From assembly GCF_018977255.1 (NCBI RefSeq), contig NW_024704743.1, forward strand, positions 110,424,001 through 110,488,000: DNA of 64,000 nt. Direction: 5' to 3'. Shown here in pieces: positions 1 to 11,635 of the stretch. The DNA is from Callorhinchus milii (taxonomy: Eukaryota). Both the position numbers and the translations under genes were made by a program. Under the pieces are notes generated by a model that was given only the letters and a program-made list of their open reading frames with translations, searched no databases and was not told the DNA's origin. The first letter of the stretch is position 1. Each line of letters begins with the position of its first letter.

Positions 1-232
1 CCCTCCCTCCCCCCCTCCTCCCCTCCCCCCCTCCTCCTCCCTCCCCCCTCCTCCTCCCCTCCCTCCTCTCCTCCTACTCCTCCCCCCCTCCTCCTCCTCC
101 TCCCCCCCTCCTCCTCCCCCCTCCTCCTCCCCCCCTCCTCCCCCCTCCTCCTCCCTCTCCTCCTCCCCTCCTCCCCCCTCCTCCTCCCCTCCTCTCCCCT
201 CCCCCCTCCTCCTCCTCCTCCTCCCCGTCCCC
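1..232. repeat. C/T-rich (CCT)n/(CCCCT)n low-complexity tract; G-rich on the minus strand, in intron 1 of the leftward gene
   Basis: Almost pure pyrimidine repeat seen directly. Confidence 0.9.
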
Positions 233-466
233 CAAACCAGGGTTTTCAGGTCCCCTCAGACCCCGGGTCGGTCGGGGTCAGAGGCTTTGACCTGACTCAT
301 GTCGCCGACACAACACACGCCGACACAACAAACTGACCAACGTCACAAAAAAGCTCCTGGGCCTCGAGGTCGGTCTGCGCTGCCGGGAACCAGCGTGTGC
401 TCCCGCCGGCGTGACTCAGACACTATATGTATGTGTGTGTGTGTGTCTCCCCCGCGGATGACTTAC

Positions 467-560
467 CTGCCGTTGGTGCCTTATTATTGCGGTTTATTAT
501 TCTCGTGAACCCGATCTGAACGCCACCGCCGCCGCGAGCCCTGCGCCGGCCGCCGGAAGA
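467..560 (-). other. Probable non-coding first exon of a divergent gene running off the left edge (POLR2K expected from human synteny; no coding sequence in window)
   Basis: Consensus minus-strand donor CAG|GTAAGT (plus strand acttacctg 461-469) inside a CpG island. Human FBXO43 is head-to-head with POLR2K. Identity is inferred and the 5' end is approximate. Confidence 0.55.
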
Positions 561-700
561 GACCGCGCGCCGCTTCCGGTTGCCGGCTGCTGGGACCGGG
601 GGGGGGGTTGGCCCCGCCTCCTGGCCAATCGCGGGCTGGACACGAAATTCGAACGCGCGCGAGTAACGACAGAAGCTCGAGCGGCGTCGGCGGGTGAGTC
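500..700. promoter_or_regulatory. Bidirectional CpG-island promoter
   Basis: High CpG density; opposed ETS/GABPA motifs CCGGAAG (553-559) and CTTCCGG (573-579); GC box 611-620; CCAAT 625-629; CHR-variant TTCGAA 648-653; outward-facing splice donors at 466 (-) and 694 (+). Confidence 0.75.
655..693 (+). other. FBXO43: Probable non-coding exon 1 of FBXO43
   Basis: Donor CGG|GTGAGT at 693/694 just downstream of the CCAAT/CHR motifs; TSS approximate. Confidence 0.5.
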
Positions 701-3239
701 ACCACCACCCGCTCCCCTCCCCCCGAGGAGCCACAGCCGCGCTGCACACACAGGTGCCACTGCTGTTAAGTCTATTGTGTGTTGGTGGTGGTGTTGGGGA
801 GAGCGAGCGATGACCGTTATATATATATATATATATATGTTCTCCTGCGAGCAGCTCCCGGTTCTCTCCAGAGCTTGTTTGTGAGGAGGAGAGAGAGAAG
901 AGTGGGGGCAGGAGGGGAGGGAGGGAAGGAAGGAGAGAGAGAGAGACGAAAGAGGAGGAAAGAAATGGAGGAGATGTTTTTTTTCTGCCACGAAACACGC
1001 TGTGGCGAGTGAAGCCCAGAAGCAGTTACTGGCCTCATTGGAAGAGAGGGATGAGGAGAGAAAGAAAGGAAAGGAAAGAGGGAGGAACCAGGAGGGGAGA
1101 GAGGAATGACTGGAGGAGGAGGGAGGGAGGAGGAGGGAGGGAGGAGGAGGGGAATTAATTGATCAAATTCACCCTTTCCTTCAATTCGAAGACCATTTGG
1201 AAAAACCTGACAAACGCTGATTTTTTTTTTAAAAAACAAAAGACCCATTTAAAGCTGCAAACTTGCAAAAGCTTTAGCGTAACACGGTCTTCGGGATTCA
1301 CAACTCAAAACGACAGGGACTTGTCACCGTGGGTGTGACCTGCGACACACACACACACACACCCCCACCCACACCCTCCTGTTCCTGTGCTGATGGAAAA
1401 CATGGCTGTTTCCCAAGTCGTCAGCTCTTGTTTGCAGCGCACACGCAAAGCAGAAAAGTGACTTGATAGCCTATCAATTGGCCTTTTTTTATATATGTTG
1501 CTGGTGATTTGCATCATTTACTTGATTGTAAATACGACCCCCCCACACACACACACCACCCCCCCACCCCCCAACAGCAGCCTGGCTGTTGGGAGAGCAG
1601 CACTAAAAGCTCCAGTATTTCCTCTCGACGTGTATGTGCGCCCTCACTTCTCGGGCAGCGAGTAACTGCTTCTGGGCACATCCTCTGGCTATGGTATGCG
1701 CTTGCAGATGTGGTTATTTCATGTTGATCTGCCTGGATAAAGTCGTCGCTTCGGACGATGGGAGTCCCGGTGAACAGTTTCTAAGAGGCAGTTCTGAATT
1801 AACCTGAAGCTGCCAATGGTTTAGGTGACAGCAGCTGCTGAGCCACTGCTGCCTGGCAGTGACCTGGCAGTGTATTTATTGTTGCAGCTGCGGTGACTTC
1901 GTGTAAATATAATTATTACTTGGGGAGTTTGCAGGGCTATGGGGAGAGAGCGGGGGGTGGGATTGATTTGAACAGCTCTATTCAAAGAGACACAGACACA
2001 GGTGGGCCGAATGGCCTCCTTCTGTGCCCTGCAATGAAGTTTACTGTGCAGTTCACACGGGGTCTTCCGTTGCTCAAAGCAATTCACTGTCAAGTTGCGG
2101 TGACTGTTTTTTTTTGTAGGCGAACAAAAAAAAAAGGCCAATTTGGGTACATCAGTGTCCTGCAACAGTCACTTTTTTTTCCGCCCCTGGGGGATTCCTG
2201 ACCAGCACCAGGGGAGAAATTGCCTTTTCTTTTGAATCGTGCAATGGGAATCTCAAAAAGTTAAGTCAGTCGTGATGTGTGTGTGTTTTTTTGAAAATGC
2301 ACGTTAAATTTGTCCTGAGCCAAAAACAAATCCAGTCTCGCGAACGACTATTTTTTTCTCTCTCGTGTGTGTGTTTTGTCATTTATAAGGGCGTATATTT
2401 ATAAGGGATTGGGGAATGGAGATTCGAGGGCGATGCAGTCAAAATAACCGGTTTGCATCTCCCACTTTCAAATTCAATGCAAACGAATTCCTGTTCGGAG
2501 AAGGCTCGGCAGTTCGTGTCTCTCTCTCTCTCTCTCTCTCCCTCTCTCTCTCTCTCTCTGCTTTTGGCGGTCATTTAAAGCCCATTTAGCGGGCGAATGG
2601 AAAACGGCTCTGTTACAATGGCGCCAAATTCAAAAGCAACCGAGGGAATCGGGAGTGCAGCCACACAGCCACACAGCCAAGGGAAGGGGTTCATTGGAGA
2701 GCACCGAGTGCTCCCACCACGTTGCTATAGCAAACGCATATCACCTCCGGCAGCTTTTCCACGACCTCCTCTCAGACTGTACGGGACATCTTATAGCAAC
2801 ACTTTTTTTTTCATCGCAGTGATCTGTACAGATGGCATTTTTAAAAAAAAAAATCTCCACTCAAACCTTGGCTTCAGTGGTAAGAAATCTGTGGAGCGAC
2901 GGATGTTGCTGGAACACTTGGGTAGGGAGGGGATTTTTGCCCCCCAAATTTTTTTAAAATATTTATTCACTGTGTGCGTGGCTTACATTTTACCGTTGGT
3001 TCTACCTTGTTTGCCTATTTGTGCTCTGGACGTTTTCGTATGGAGAGAAAAAAAGTTATTGTGCTATTTCTGGGGTACTTTTTCCTCCTAGAAAATCTGT
3101 GATAAAGACATTTAAACTTTCCAAGAGTGTCAGTAATAACTGAGCTTTACAGTTGGAATATAATTTCTGGATGTGCCAGGTGCATTTGAAATGTGTTTTT
3201 CTCAGTCAAAATTTTACTCGAAGAACGCAGGCAAACTGG

Positions 3240-3546
3240 CCAGTGAGCCAGTAACCAGGGAACATAGATTTCAGATAATTGGCAAAAGAACCAGAGGGTT
3301 GATGAGGAGAAATGTTTTTACACAGAGAGTTGTTAAGGTCTGGAATGCACTGTCTGAAAGGGGGGTGGAAGCAGATTCAATCACAACTTTCAAAAGGGAA
3401 TTAAGATAGGTACTTGAAACTGAAAAATTTGCAGGGTTATGGAGAAAGAGCGGGGAGTGGGACTGATTGGCTCTATCAAAGAGCCAGTACAGGCATGATG
3501 GGCCAAATGGCCTCCTTCTGTGCTGTTATATTGTATGATTCTATGT
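3240..3546 (+). mobile_element. CR1 LINE 3' fragment (ORF2 C-terminus and tail)
   Basis: Translates TREHRFQI..RRNVFTQRVVKVWNAL..VEADSITTFKREL, typical of the CR1 ORF2 end; tail gggccaaatggcctccttctgtgctg..gattctatg. A shorter copy is at ~1920-2040. Confidence 0.85.
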
Positions 3547-4183
3547 TTGGGTTTTTTCTCTCCCTGTAGGACTTTCTTCTTCACACTTGTAGTAGGTAAA
3601 TGCATCCTGGGGTGTGCTAATGAGCTGGAAACCAGAGGGCGGTTGGCTCCGTCCCTGCATTTTGGGTTGAGTATAATTCCAGTGGGACTAAACTCTCAGG
3701 GAACCAGGACAGAGCCGATAGGTGCAATGGCTGTAAATTCTACTATTCTATGTGTAAGATGAACTCGGCTCCTCAGTACTACATCTAATTTCCTTATCCC
3801 TGAACCAGGTGGGAGGTATTGACCTGTCTACTGGTATGCTTTTAAGCAAATTTGAGAGAACATAAACATTTCTATGTTTAGAAAATATGGAAATTTACAG
3901 AAGGCTGTTCAGCCCATTGTGTCTGCTGCTCTTTAATAGTGCAATCCATTCAGTCTATTTACCTGCCTTTTCCCCATGTCCCTCCTTTTTGATATCTAGG
4001 TTTTAGATCCTGCAAGGACCACCACAACTGAGGTTCATATCCTGACAATTCTGTAAATTGCTCCTAATCTGCCCCTTTGTTAATTATCATAAATTAATGC
4101 CCTTTAGGGTGAAAAGAATTTCTCTCTGCCAACTATTGATGTTTGTGGAAGTTGAATTTCTCTATGTGTAACATCCACAAACT

Positions 4184-4546
4184 GTAGTCCTATAGCTCAG
4201 TGGTTAGAGCACTCGCCTCGCAAGCGAGAGACCTGGATTTGATTCCTGGCAGGACAAAGTGTTGGGCAAGTTTCCTTGCTCCACACGCCTCTGTTTACTT
4301 AGCAGTATATAGGAACCCAGTTGTTAGTCGATTGGCGGATCGCTTTTCTGGGGCGAATAATTCCTTCAAAAAAAATAAAAAATTGGTCATTTCATTCCAT
4401 GACTTTGTGGGACACTGCTGTGTGCAATTGGCTGCTGCATTTCGCCCCTACAATATACAGTCTTTACAGTATATTCTGTGAAATACTTTGAGACATCTTG
4501 AAGATGTGATAAAGTGCCATATCCAATGCAAGGATTATTATTATAG
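4184..4546 (+). mobile_element. tRNA-derived SINE, long variant (tRNA head, central domain, Deu-like 3' part, L2-like tail with (TTA)n)
   Basis: A-box tagctcagtggttagagc, degenerate B-box, tgtgggacactgctgtgtgcaattggctgc, tail aatgcaaggattatt; many copies in the window. Confidence 0.85.
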
Positions 4547-4718
4547 TCTAACATACGTCTATATAGATTTAAATTCAAACTTACATGATCAGTACTGTAT
4601 TAATATCACCATATTTCCCTAGCGTTGTGCTTTCTGGCTATAAATCAGATTCAAGACTAACTTCATCTTTAGTTTTATCATTTTGAAATATTAAAATATT
4701 TCCAATTGTGTTTTCTAG

Positions 4719-6206
4719 TACCGCAAGATCTGGTCTCAACCTATGTGCAAAGATGTTGACAAGTTTGCTGGGGCATTCACGTTGCCTGTTAGCTGGCTGT
4801 GAGAAACAAATTGGGACTGATTCTCCACAAAGTTCTATATTTTTGGATCCTGGGTCATTAAGTCAGGAAAGTTGGCACCATGAAACAATTTTTTCATCTA
4901 TTGACGCCAATGGAACTCTAGGAGAGCTTGATTCAATCACTCCTATAATGTCACCCATAATGGGTCATGAAATGCCATTTCAAACTGGTAGAACATCCTA
5001 TTCTTTTGAAAGTAAAAGACTTGCTGAGAATAGGGCCAACTGTGTTCCACCAGCATTTTTTGAAACTCCAAAGGCAATGACCAAGGTCATCCCATTGCGG
5101 AGGAGACTTCTCCAGTCACATCTGGCCTCGGATGGAAGTGTGCAATCGTCCAAAACTCCTCAGCAATCTCTTGAAGTTAATCCGTCAAACTATTCTTGTA
5201 GCAGACTATATTCTGAAGATGGAATCTGTTTAGACAGTTCGTTGGACTCTCCAGGAGATTTGAATTTTGAAGCTTTGGGAGTCAGCACTTTAAAAGGTGA
5301 GGAACGTACCACTTCATGTAGAAATAAGAGATATTTATTCGCACAACAACGAACCTCCACAGTTGATGATTTAAAGAGTAAAAATCAGCTAGCACCTGAC
5401 AAATGTGCAACTCCAGATGGATTCCCTATATACAATCTAGATATAAGCAATCTCTGTTGCTCAAGAGGGAATACAGTATGCTCTTTGACCGAGCCATTTA
5501 AAACTCCATCTGGCAGTGGAAAAGTTACTGTAATTGAAGAGCATCAATTTCTTACTCCAATGAACAAATTTGCAGAAAACCTTAATCTAAACTTGCCTCT
5601 GTGCGAAAGTTTACCCAGGAGCCCTTCACATGAAAAACTAGATGCCTCAATAACTGAAGATAGTGGCTATAATTCAGTTGGCTTAGAAAAATCTGATTCA
5701 TTTTCAAATCACGAAGGTTCCTTCCAGGAGTTAGTACAACTTGAGGAAACTCCTAAGACTGTGGATCACAAAAAACATTTAAGAACTTTAGAGAGAAGCA
5801 AGCGACTGTCCACTCTCAGGGAACGAGGATCCCAGTCTGAAGCAGAAGATGAAACCAAAAACGTTGTCCTGAAAGGGTCAGGTTACATATTGAGAGATTC
5901 AGAAGTTTCTGTTACCGAAGACACTGTGTTTGAGAAAGAAGCATGCAATGAGTCCCTGCTAGACGTTGAAGATCTGTCTTACATGCCTGCCTTGCAACTA
6001 GTGAAGGAAATGTGCATGAGAAAAAGGAAAAGGCCAGAGGATCAGGGTTTACTCACACTGGCTGAATCTAAGCTATCGCTCCCAGGGCTCATTGGCAGAA
6101 AAATGGGTTTAGAAAAGGTGGATATGCTGAAAGAACTTCTGAGCAGGAATTTGATGCACATCCTCACTCTAATTTTAGGCTACATAAGCGTGGAGGATAT
6201 CTGCAG
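4719..6206 (+). CDS. FBXO43: FBXO43 large exon (first in-frame ATG 4753)
   Basis: 500-aa ORF; acceptor ttttctag|, donor ag|gtaagg (phase 2). Confidence 0.93.
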
Positions 6207-9200
6207 GTAAGGTTCAATATTCAATTGTACCTCCACCAGGCTCGATGACTTTTCAACAGATTAGGGTAGCAAAAGAATATTCTCCTATTTCCTCCCTTAA
6301 AATACTGCATCTTGGGTTCAATTCCCGGCAGGGTGAAACCTTGGGCAAGTTTCCTTACTCCACACGCCTAATAATAATCCTTCAAAAAAAAAAAAAAATT
6401 GGTCACTTCCATCCACGACTGTTTGTGGGACACTGCTGTGCGCAATTGGCTGCTCCGTTTCGCCCACAAATATACAGTCAATTCACTTTACAGTCTATTT
6501 TGTGAAGCATTTTGAGACGTCTAGAAGACGTGAAAAAGCGCTATTATCAAATGCAAGGATTATTATTATCTTTTATGAATGTAAGACTGCATAACCAATC
6601 TAGATTTACTAATCATTCTTTAAATTGTTTTATTCAACCTAATAACCTTCATAATTAGCCTTCCCACTTATATCTTTAATGTACTCTGCACAAGAGATTA
6701 AATAAATACAGTACTAAATTCTTGCATTTGATATAACAACTTGAATTTATATAGTGCCTGTCACACAGGATAGCATTCTAGAAGCGCTGCACAGTGGCGG
6801 ATTTGGACACTGAGCAAGGGGGAGGGGGGTTGACCATAGCTGCAGTCAAAGAGGTAGGTCTTAAGGTGGCATCAGTGTCCTCACTGAATTTTTTTTAGTG
6901 CTTTACAGAATTTGTTTTTTTATAAAGCATAGTTACTGTTAGTAAACGAACGTAGCAGCAACAGTGATTGTTTATGCATGTGGTATACTGTGATTAAATA
7001 AAAATAATTAAATACCTGATCCAGCAGTCATATTTTTCTTTAGAAATAGCTTCTTTATTTTTGTAAACTTGCTGCAAATTATTTTCATGTCAGAGCATGG
7101 AAGGCAAGCAAAGTTTGGAAGAAAATTATCAAGCAAGATAAGACTGCATATCTCAAGAGGAAGCGGTACCTGGATAAAATTCGAGAGTTAAAAGTGGTAT
7201 GTTTAATGGACGTTAAGGAAAAGTACCTGGTTTATTGAAGTATTTCAATGTCAAGTAATTTATATTAAATGAGCAAAGTGATTATCAAAATGGAAGAGAA
7301 CCAAAACTTTTTGTCCAGACCTTCCAAAACTAGGATCAATTTTTAAGTAACATTGTTTATATAAAAAAACTTGATTTAAAACTTCTTCATTCATATTGCT
7401 CCACATTCATTGACTGTTTGAGGCTGGCTCAATCGAATCAAAAGGAAACTGGATAAAGACCTGAGCAGTAGCAGTACAACAACTTGGATTTATATAGCAC
7501 CCTCCATGGCGGGCGGCGTCTCAGAGCGGTTCACAGTAACGGATCCCGGGGGCCGAGCCAGGGGGAGGAAGGTGACCAAAGACATGGTCGAAAAGAAAAA
7601 GGTCTTCAGCCGAGACCTGAAAATAGGAAGAGGCGAAGGGAGTGAGGAAGGGAGTTCCAGAGCCTCGGGGCGTAGTGGCTGAAGGCATGGCTGCCAATGG
7701 TGGAGCGGAGGATTGGGGGACAAGGAGGAGGCCAGACCCGGTGAAGCAAAGGCAGCAGACACTGTTGTGAGGAGGTTAGAGGGGTAGGGGGCTGCAGAGA
7801 AGTGGAGGGATTTGAAGACAAGGGTGAGAATCTTGAAGTCGATCCTCTCTGGAACAGGGAGTAGTAAAATATTAAGGAATACAAGGAGATTGCTGGGAAG
7901 TGGGATTGATAAGAGAGAGTGATTTACAATACAATTTATTCAGTCCCTTTCATGTCGGGATTTTTTTTGATCAGCCAGGTGTCTGACGCATGTAAACCCA
8001 TCACCCAAGCTCTCGAGGATGTCTGAAAGCACTTTTAAAGCCTGGCTGGGGGTCGAGGTGGTGAGGAGGGCATTTGTTTTCTCATGCACATTTCCTTCTT
8101 GTTTTTTTAAAAAAATACAGATGGCAGTAGCACCGGTCAAATTGGCCTCTTCTCTGCAGAAAAAATCTTTTTCATATGCTTTGGGTTCTGCATTCAATAA
8201 TTGCTTTTCTACGGGAAAATGCACAATAATACAATTCAAGAAAGAGTGGCATCATGGCAGCTCATTTCTTCCATTGCCCTTGTCCAATGGCTGTGCTAAG
8301 AAATTACATTCTTCTGTGTCCCCATATTGCCTCACATAATGATTCAACATTTTGTCCATTTTGACTGACAAATCTTTCCAAAATACTTTAGAATATTTGA
8401 TACCCGAAATACTGAATATCGAAATTTTTGGCTGCAAAGTTTAATGTTTGTAATGCCACTTTCAGACAACTTTTTAAAATCTGCTGAACTTCCTAACATT
8501 TCACAAGTTTTTCACAGTTCTGATGGAACGCAACAAATCTCCAGTGCCATTAGAACACTACCCCGGATATTCACCTGATAGCAACCTTCTTCCAAATGCA
8601 ACTGTTCACAAGCTCCTTACTGTGGAACATATTAAAAGAAAGATCTCCAGATAGGATTCTGTTAGTTTGTAGATGTGGCTTCAGTTGGCCCAAGGTGCTT
8701 AAAAATATCCTATTCCCTTAAAATTGATTACAATGCTTTACTAGGAAGCCTAATGTCACGGTCTATGGATTCAATGGAAGTAAAACTTGTCAAGAGGAAG
8801 AATATTTTAGGCACTTCAATTCCTCTATGGGTCTTGATGCACATGGCTCATGTCCCATTGTACAGGAATTGTAATTTTCCCAATAATAATAATAATAATA
8901 AGATTAGAGACTTCACATAGATTAGGATTACATGGGAGGAACACAGATGTGTTTTATCGTTGACAATTTCTCTGATTATACAATATTTCCATAGAAGTAA
9001 AAGGTCTAAATCTGTAAACACTCAAAAGAATGTGTGGGATCTGTTTTATGTTTTGAAAAATGCACATGCATTTTCAACCTCAAGGATCATTCTGGTTTTG
9101 TAAATATTTTGTTTTAACAGGGTAGTTTTCCATGGGCCCCGGATGCTGAAACAAGGTGTAATCTCCCAAATCGGTCTGCTTTTAAAACTGTTCAGGCTCA

Positions 9201-10033
9201 AGCCCTCACACGAACTCCACAGCGACAAGTTGATTCTGCAGAACGCAGCAGTAATCCAAGATCAGCCAGTAAACGAGAGGAGTTTCTGAAGGTAAACAAA
9301 GGAAACAGTGGAACAGGGTTTAATCTCTCAAATTTTGCCTGTAATTTCTGGTTATGACAGCATTGGAGGTGCAAATGTTGCCTTGCTCCTCCCTACCTCT
9401 GTGACCTCCTCACCCCCTATTAACGTGTCTGCTCCCTCTGCTCAGCAGGCTCCAGCCTGCTGCACATCCCCTGCCTTACCAGCCCCACCATTGGCGGGTG
9501 GGCCTTCAGCCTCTCTGCCCCCACTGTCTGGAACTCCATCCCACAGTCCCTCCACCTTGCCCCCTCCCTCATCTCCTTCAAGACCCTCCTCTTTGACCGT
9601 GCCTTCTGTCACCCTCCTACTCCGCCCTCCACCCCTCCTGATCCCAACCACCAGCTCAGGTACAGATCCCTGACTGTCCAGTGCCTTGGGACATCCTCCT
9701 GACATGAAAGGCTCTACACAAATGTAATGTGTTGTCGTTGGACTCTAGATTTTCTGTATTGATGATGTATGTTGTCACCAACAGATTGCCAAAACTCTGT
9801 TCAACAACGAGGCTCTAAAACCATGCCCACGCTGCCAATCGCCTGCCAAGTATAATCCAATGAAGAAACAGGGTCTCTGTAGTTCGGACGATTGTGCCTT
9901 TGACTTCTGCACACAATGCTTCTGTGCCTTCCACGGGTCCAAAGAATGCAGCAGCAGGTCCGCCAAATGCTTGGGCAAAAAGGAGGCTGCGCCTGGAAGT
10001 GCACAAAGCAAACGGAATTTGAAAAGACTGTGA
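4753..10033 (+). CDS. FBXO43: F-box only protein 43 (Emi2/XErp1), meiotic APC/C inhibitor. Coding exons 4753-6206, 7094-7196, 9121-9291, 9785-10033; ~658 aa
   Basis: Motifs [26 protein letters not shown]-box region [17 protein letters not shown] (CPRC..C....C...C..C...H...C) and C-terminal SKRNLKRL; all junctions GT-AG and in phase. Start codon uncertain (exon acceptor at 4718). Confidence 0.95.
7094..7196 (+). CDS. FBXO43: FBXO43 exon ([16 protein letters not shown].., end of F-box)
   Basis: cag| acceptor, |gtatgt donor, phase-compatible. Confidence 0.9.
7470..7865 (-). mobile_element. L2 LINE 3' fragment
   Basis: Minus strand: [34 protein letters not shown], then the L2 tail. Confidence 0.8.
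9121..9291 (+). CDS. FBXO43: FBXO43 exon with D-box region ([20 protein letters not shown])
   Basis: aacag| acceptor, aag|gtaaac donor, phase 0. Confidence 0.92.
9785..10033 (+). CDS. FBXO43: FBXO43 last coding exon: zinc-binding region and RL tail
   Basis: [62 protein letters not shown]. Confidence 0.96.
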   Translation: MAKTLFNNEALKPCPRCQSPAKYNPMKKQGLCSSDDCAFDFCTQCFCAFHGSKECSSRSAKCLGKKEAAPGSAQSKRNLKRL

Positions 10034-10534
10034 ATTTGTACATATGAAGAATAGAATTCTCTTGAGCCTTTTTTCCTACCTCCAGTTTTATTGGCCTTTT
10101 GTGCATCGTTACAGAAATGCTGCAAAAAGCCCTTTTTTTAGAGCTGTATGCCACAGTACTTCTCAACTTTTATGTATTTTTCTCTTAGAGGGAAAATCTG
10201 AAATCTTAGAATTCCAAATTTCCTATTTGTTTTGAAATTGCCTATCTGATCTTTGATGACTTTTTTTCCTCATTCTCGGATCTGCAGCAAAACCTGAGCT
10301 TTACTATGGGTAAAAATCCTTTCTGATAGAATACTCCAGATGTGATTAATATTAAAAAAACTGCTTCTCAATTTTTTTGTTTGAATTCATCCTGGATCCA
10401 CGAAAGTGGAACAAGAATAGTTCAGATTACAATCCACAACAGAGTCCTCATTTTGAAGGTTAATTGCTCCTTTTGTAAATACTCTTGCTTGTTTATTTTA
10501 TTCCATATTCTGGTTGACTTTGCACTCTAAATGA

Positions 10535-10860
10535 GATTGATGTCCGGGCTATCTCTCCAGTGCATTGCTGGGGTCAGAAGTGCTGTTTCGATGAGATGCT
10601 AAACCAGACAAGCTGCCTTTTCGCTTGGATGGTAAAAATTTCACGGCACTATTCAAAAAGTGACTAGAGTTTCTTCCAGAGTCCTCGATACAGACCTCCA
10701 GATAAATTGGTCGTTTATCTCACGATTCTTTGTGGTACCTTGCAAATTGGCTGCAGAATTGCCTTACAAGTACAAACCCTACATTTTGAGGACAATTGCC
10801 TGTGAGGTGCTTTAAAATGTTTTGACATTATAAATGTAATATCAAATGCAAGGAATATAT
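10535..10860 (+). mobile_element. Old Deu-domain SINE within the FBXO43 3' UTR
   Basis: gatgagatgctaaacc..catggcactatt-like..caaattggctgc..atcaaatgcaagga; matches the family at 35950-36395. Confidence 0.7.
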
Positions 10861-11004
10861 TAGTCCATGAAAAAACTTTGGATTCTACTTTCTTCAACAA
10901 TTTTACAGTAGTTTCTTCAGGATTAGTTGATAAATACTAATTTAACATTGTGATGTCTGCCTTAATTTATGGTATTGAGTTACCTGAAAATTCTTCATAT
11001 CTTT

Positions 11005-11101
11005 TACTGTATATATATTTTTTATTTGTACATGTCGTAATGCATGTTTGAGCAAATTCTTTTTTTAAATGGATTTTAATCTTGTTTTATTGTTGAATAA
11101 A
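11005..11101 (+). promoter_or_regulatory. FBXO43: FBXO43 3' end: AATAAA (11096-11101) with clustered CPE-like and Pumilio elements
   Basis: TGTATATA 11008-11015; TTTTAT 11020-11025 and 11085-11090; TTTTAAT 11074-11080; T/GT-rich downstream. Confidence 0.7.
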
Positions 11102-11410
11102 AAGTCAGTCTTTAAATTGAGTTTGTTTTATTTCCTAACCGTTCACAGGCTATGTTTTTTTTTAAAGTAGGTAAAGCCACAGGCCCATGGTGTAAAAGTT
11201 TAAAAGTTTACATTTCTGTCATGGTAGAAATTTACAGCCAATAATCCTCCAGTTAAATTGACGCGTGCACATTAGTTGCTGCATTTAATTACAGGTACAA
11301 AGTCACGACACTTGAGTGATTTACTGGGACGTTTCGAAGGCGATGACGGTTATCGAGCATTAACCTTCGCTTTGAGACCCGTTGCTGTGATGCACGTTTG
11401 AAAGGCACCA

Positions 11411-11635
11411 CAATAATAATAATAATAATCCTCGCATTTGATACAGCGCTTTTCACGTGGGGAGGACGTCCCAAAGCGCTTCACGGAACGCACTGTAAAG
11501 CGAATGGACTGTATATTCGTGGGCGAGCGCGGCAGCCAGTTGCGCGCGGCAGTGTCCCGCCAACAGTCGTGGATTTGACAACGACCAATTTTTTTTATTA
11601 TTATTGCGTTTGGTTTTTGGAGGGGTTGTTACTGG
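11411..11635 (-). mobile_element. tRNA-SINE 3' half (CpG-preserved copy) next to the RGS22 promoter
   Basis: Reverse complement of the SINE tail and Deu-like segment. Confidence 0.8.

Noticed and set aside
299..1248. Overlapping short ORFs in the CpG island
   Set aside because: GC-rich and low-complexity promoter/intron sequence with microsatellites; no protein similarity.
2597..3091. 164-aa ORF as an FBXO43 N-terminal coding exon
   Set aside because: No recognisable homology; its GTAAGA donor at 2880 is phase 1 while the 4719 acceptor needs phase 2.
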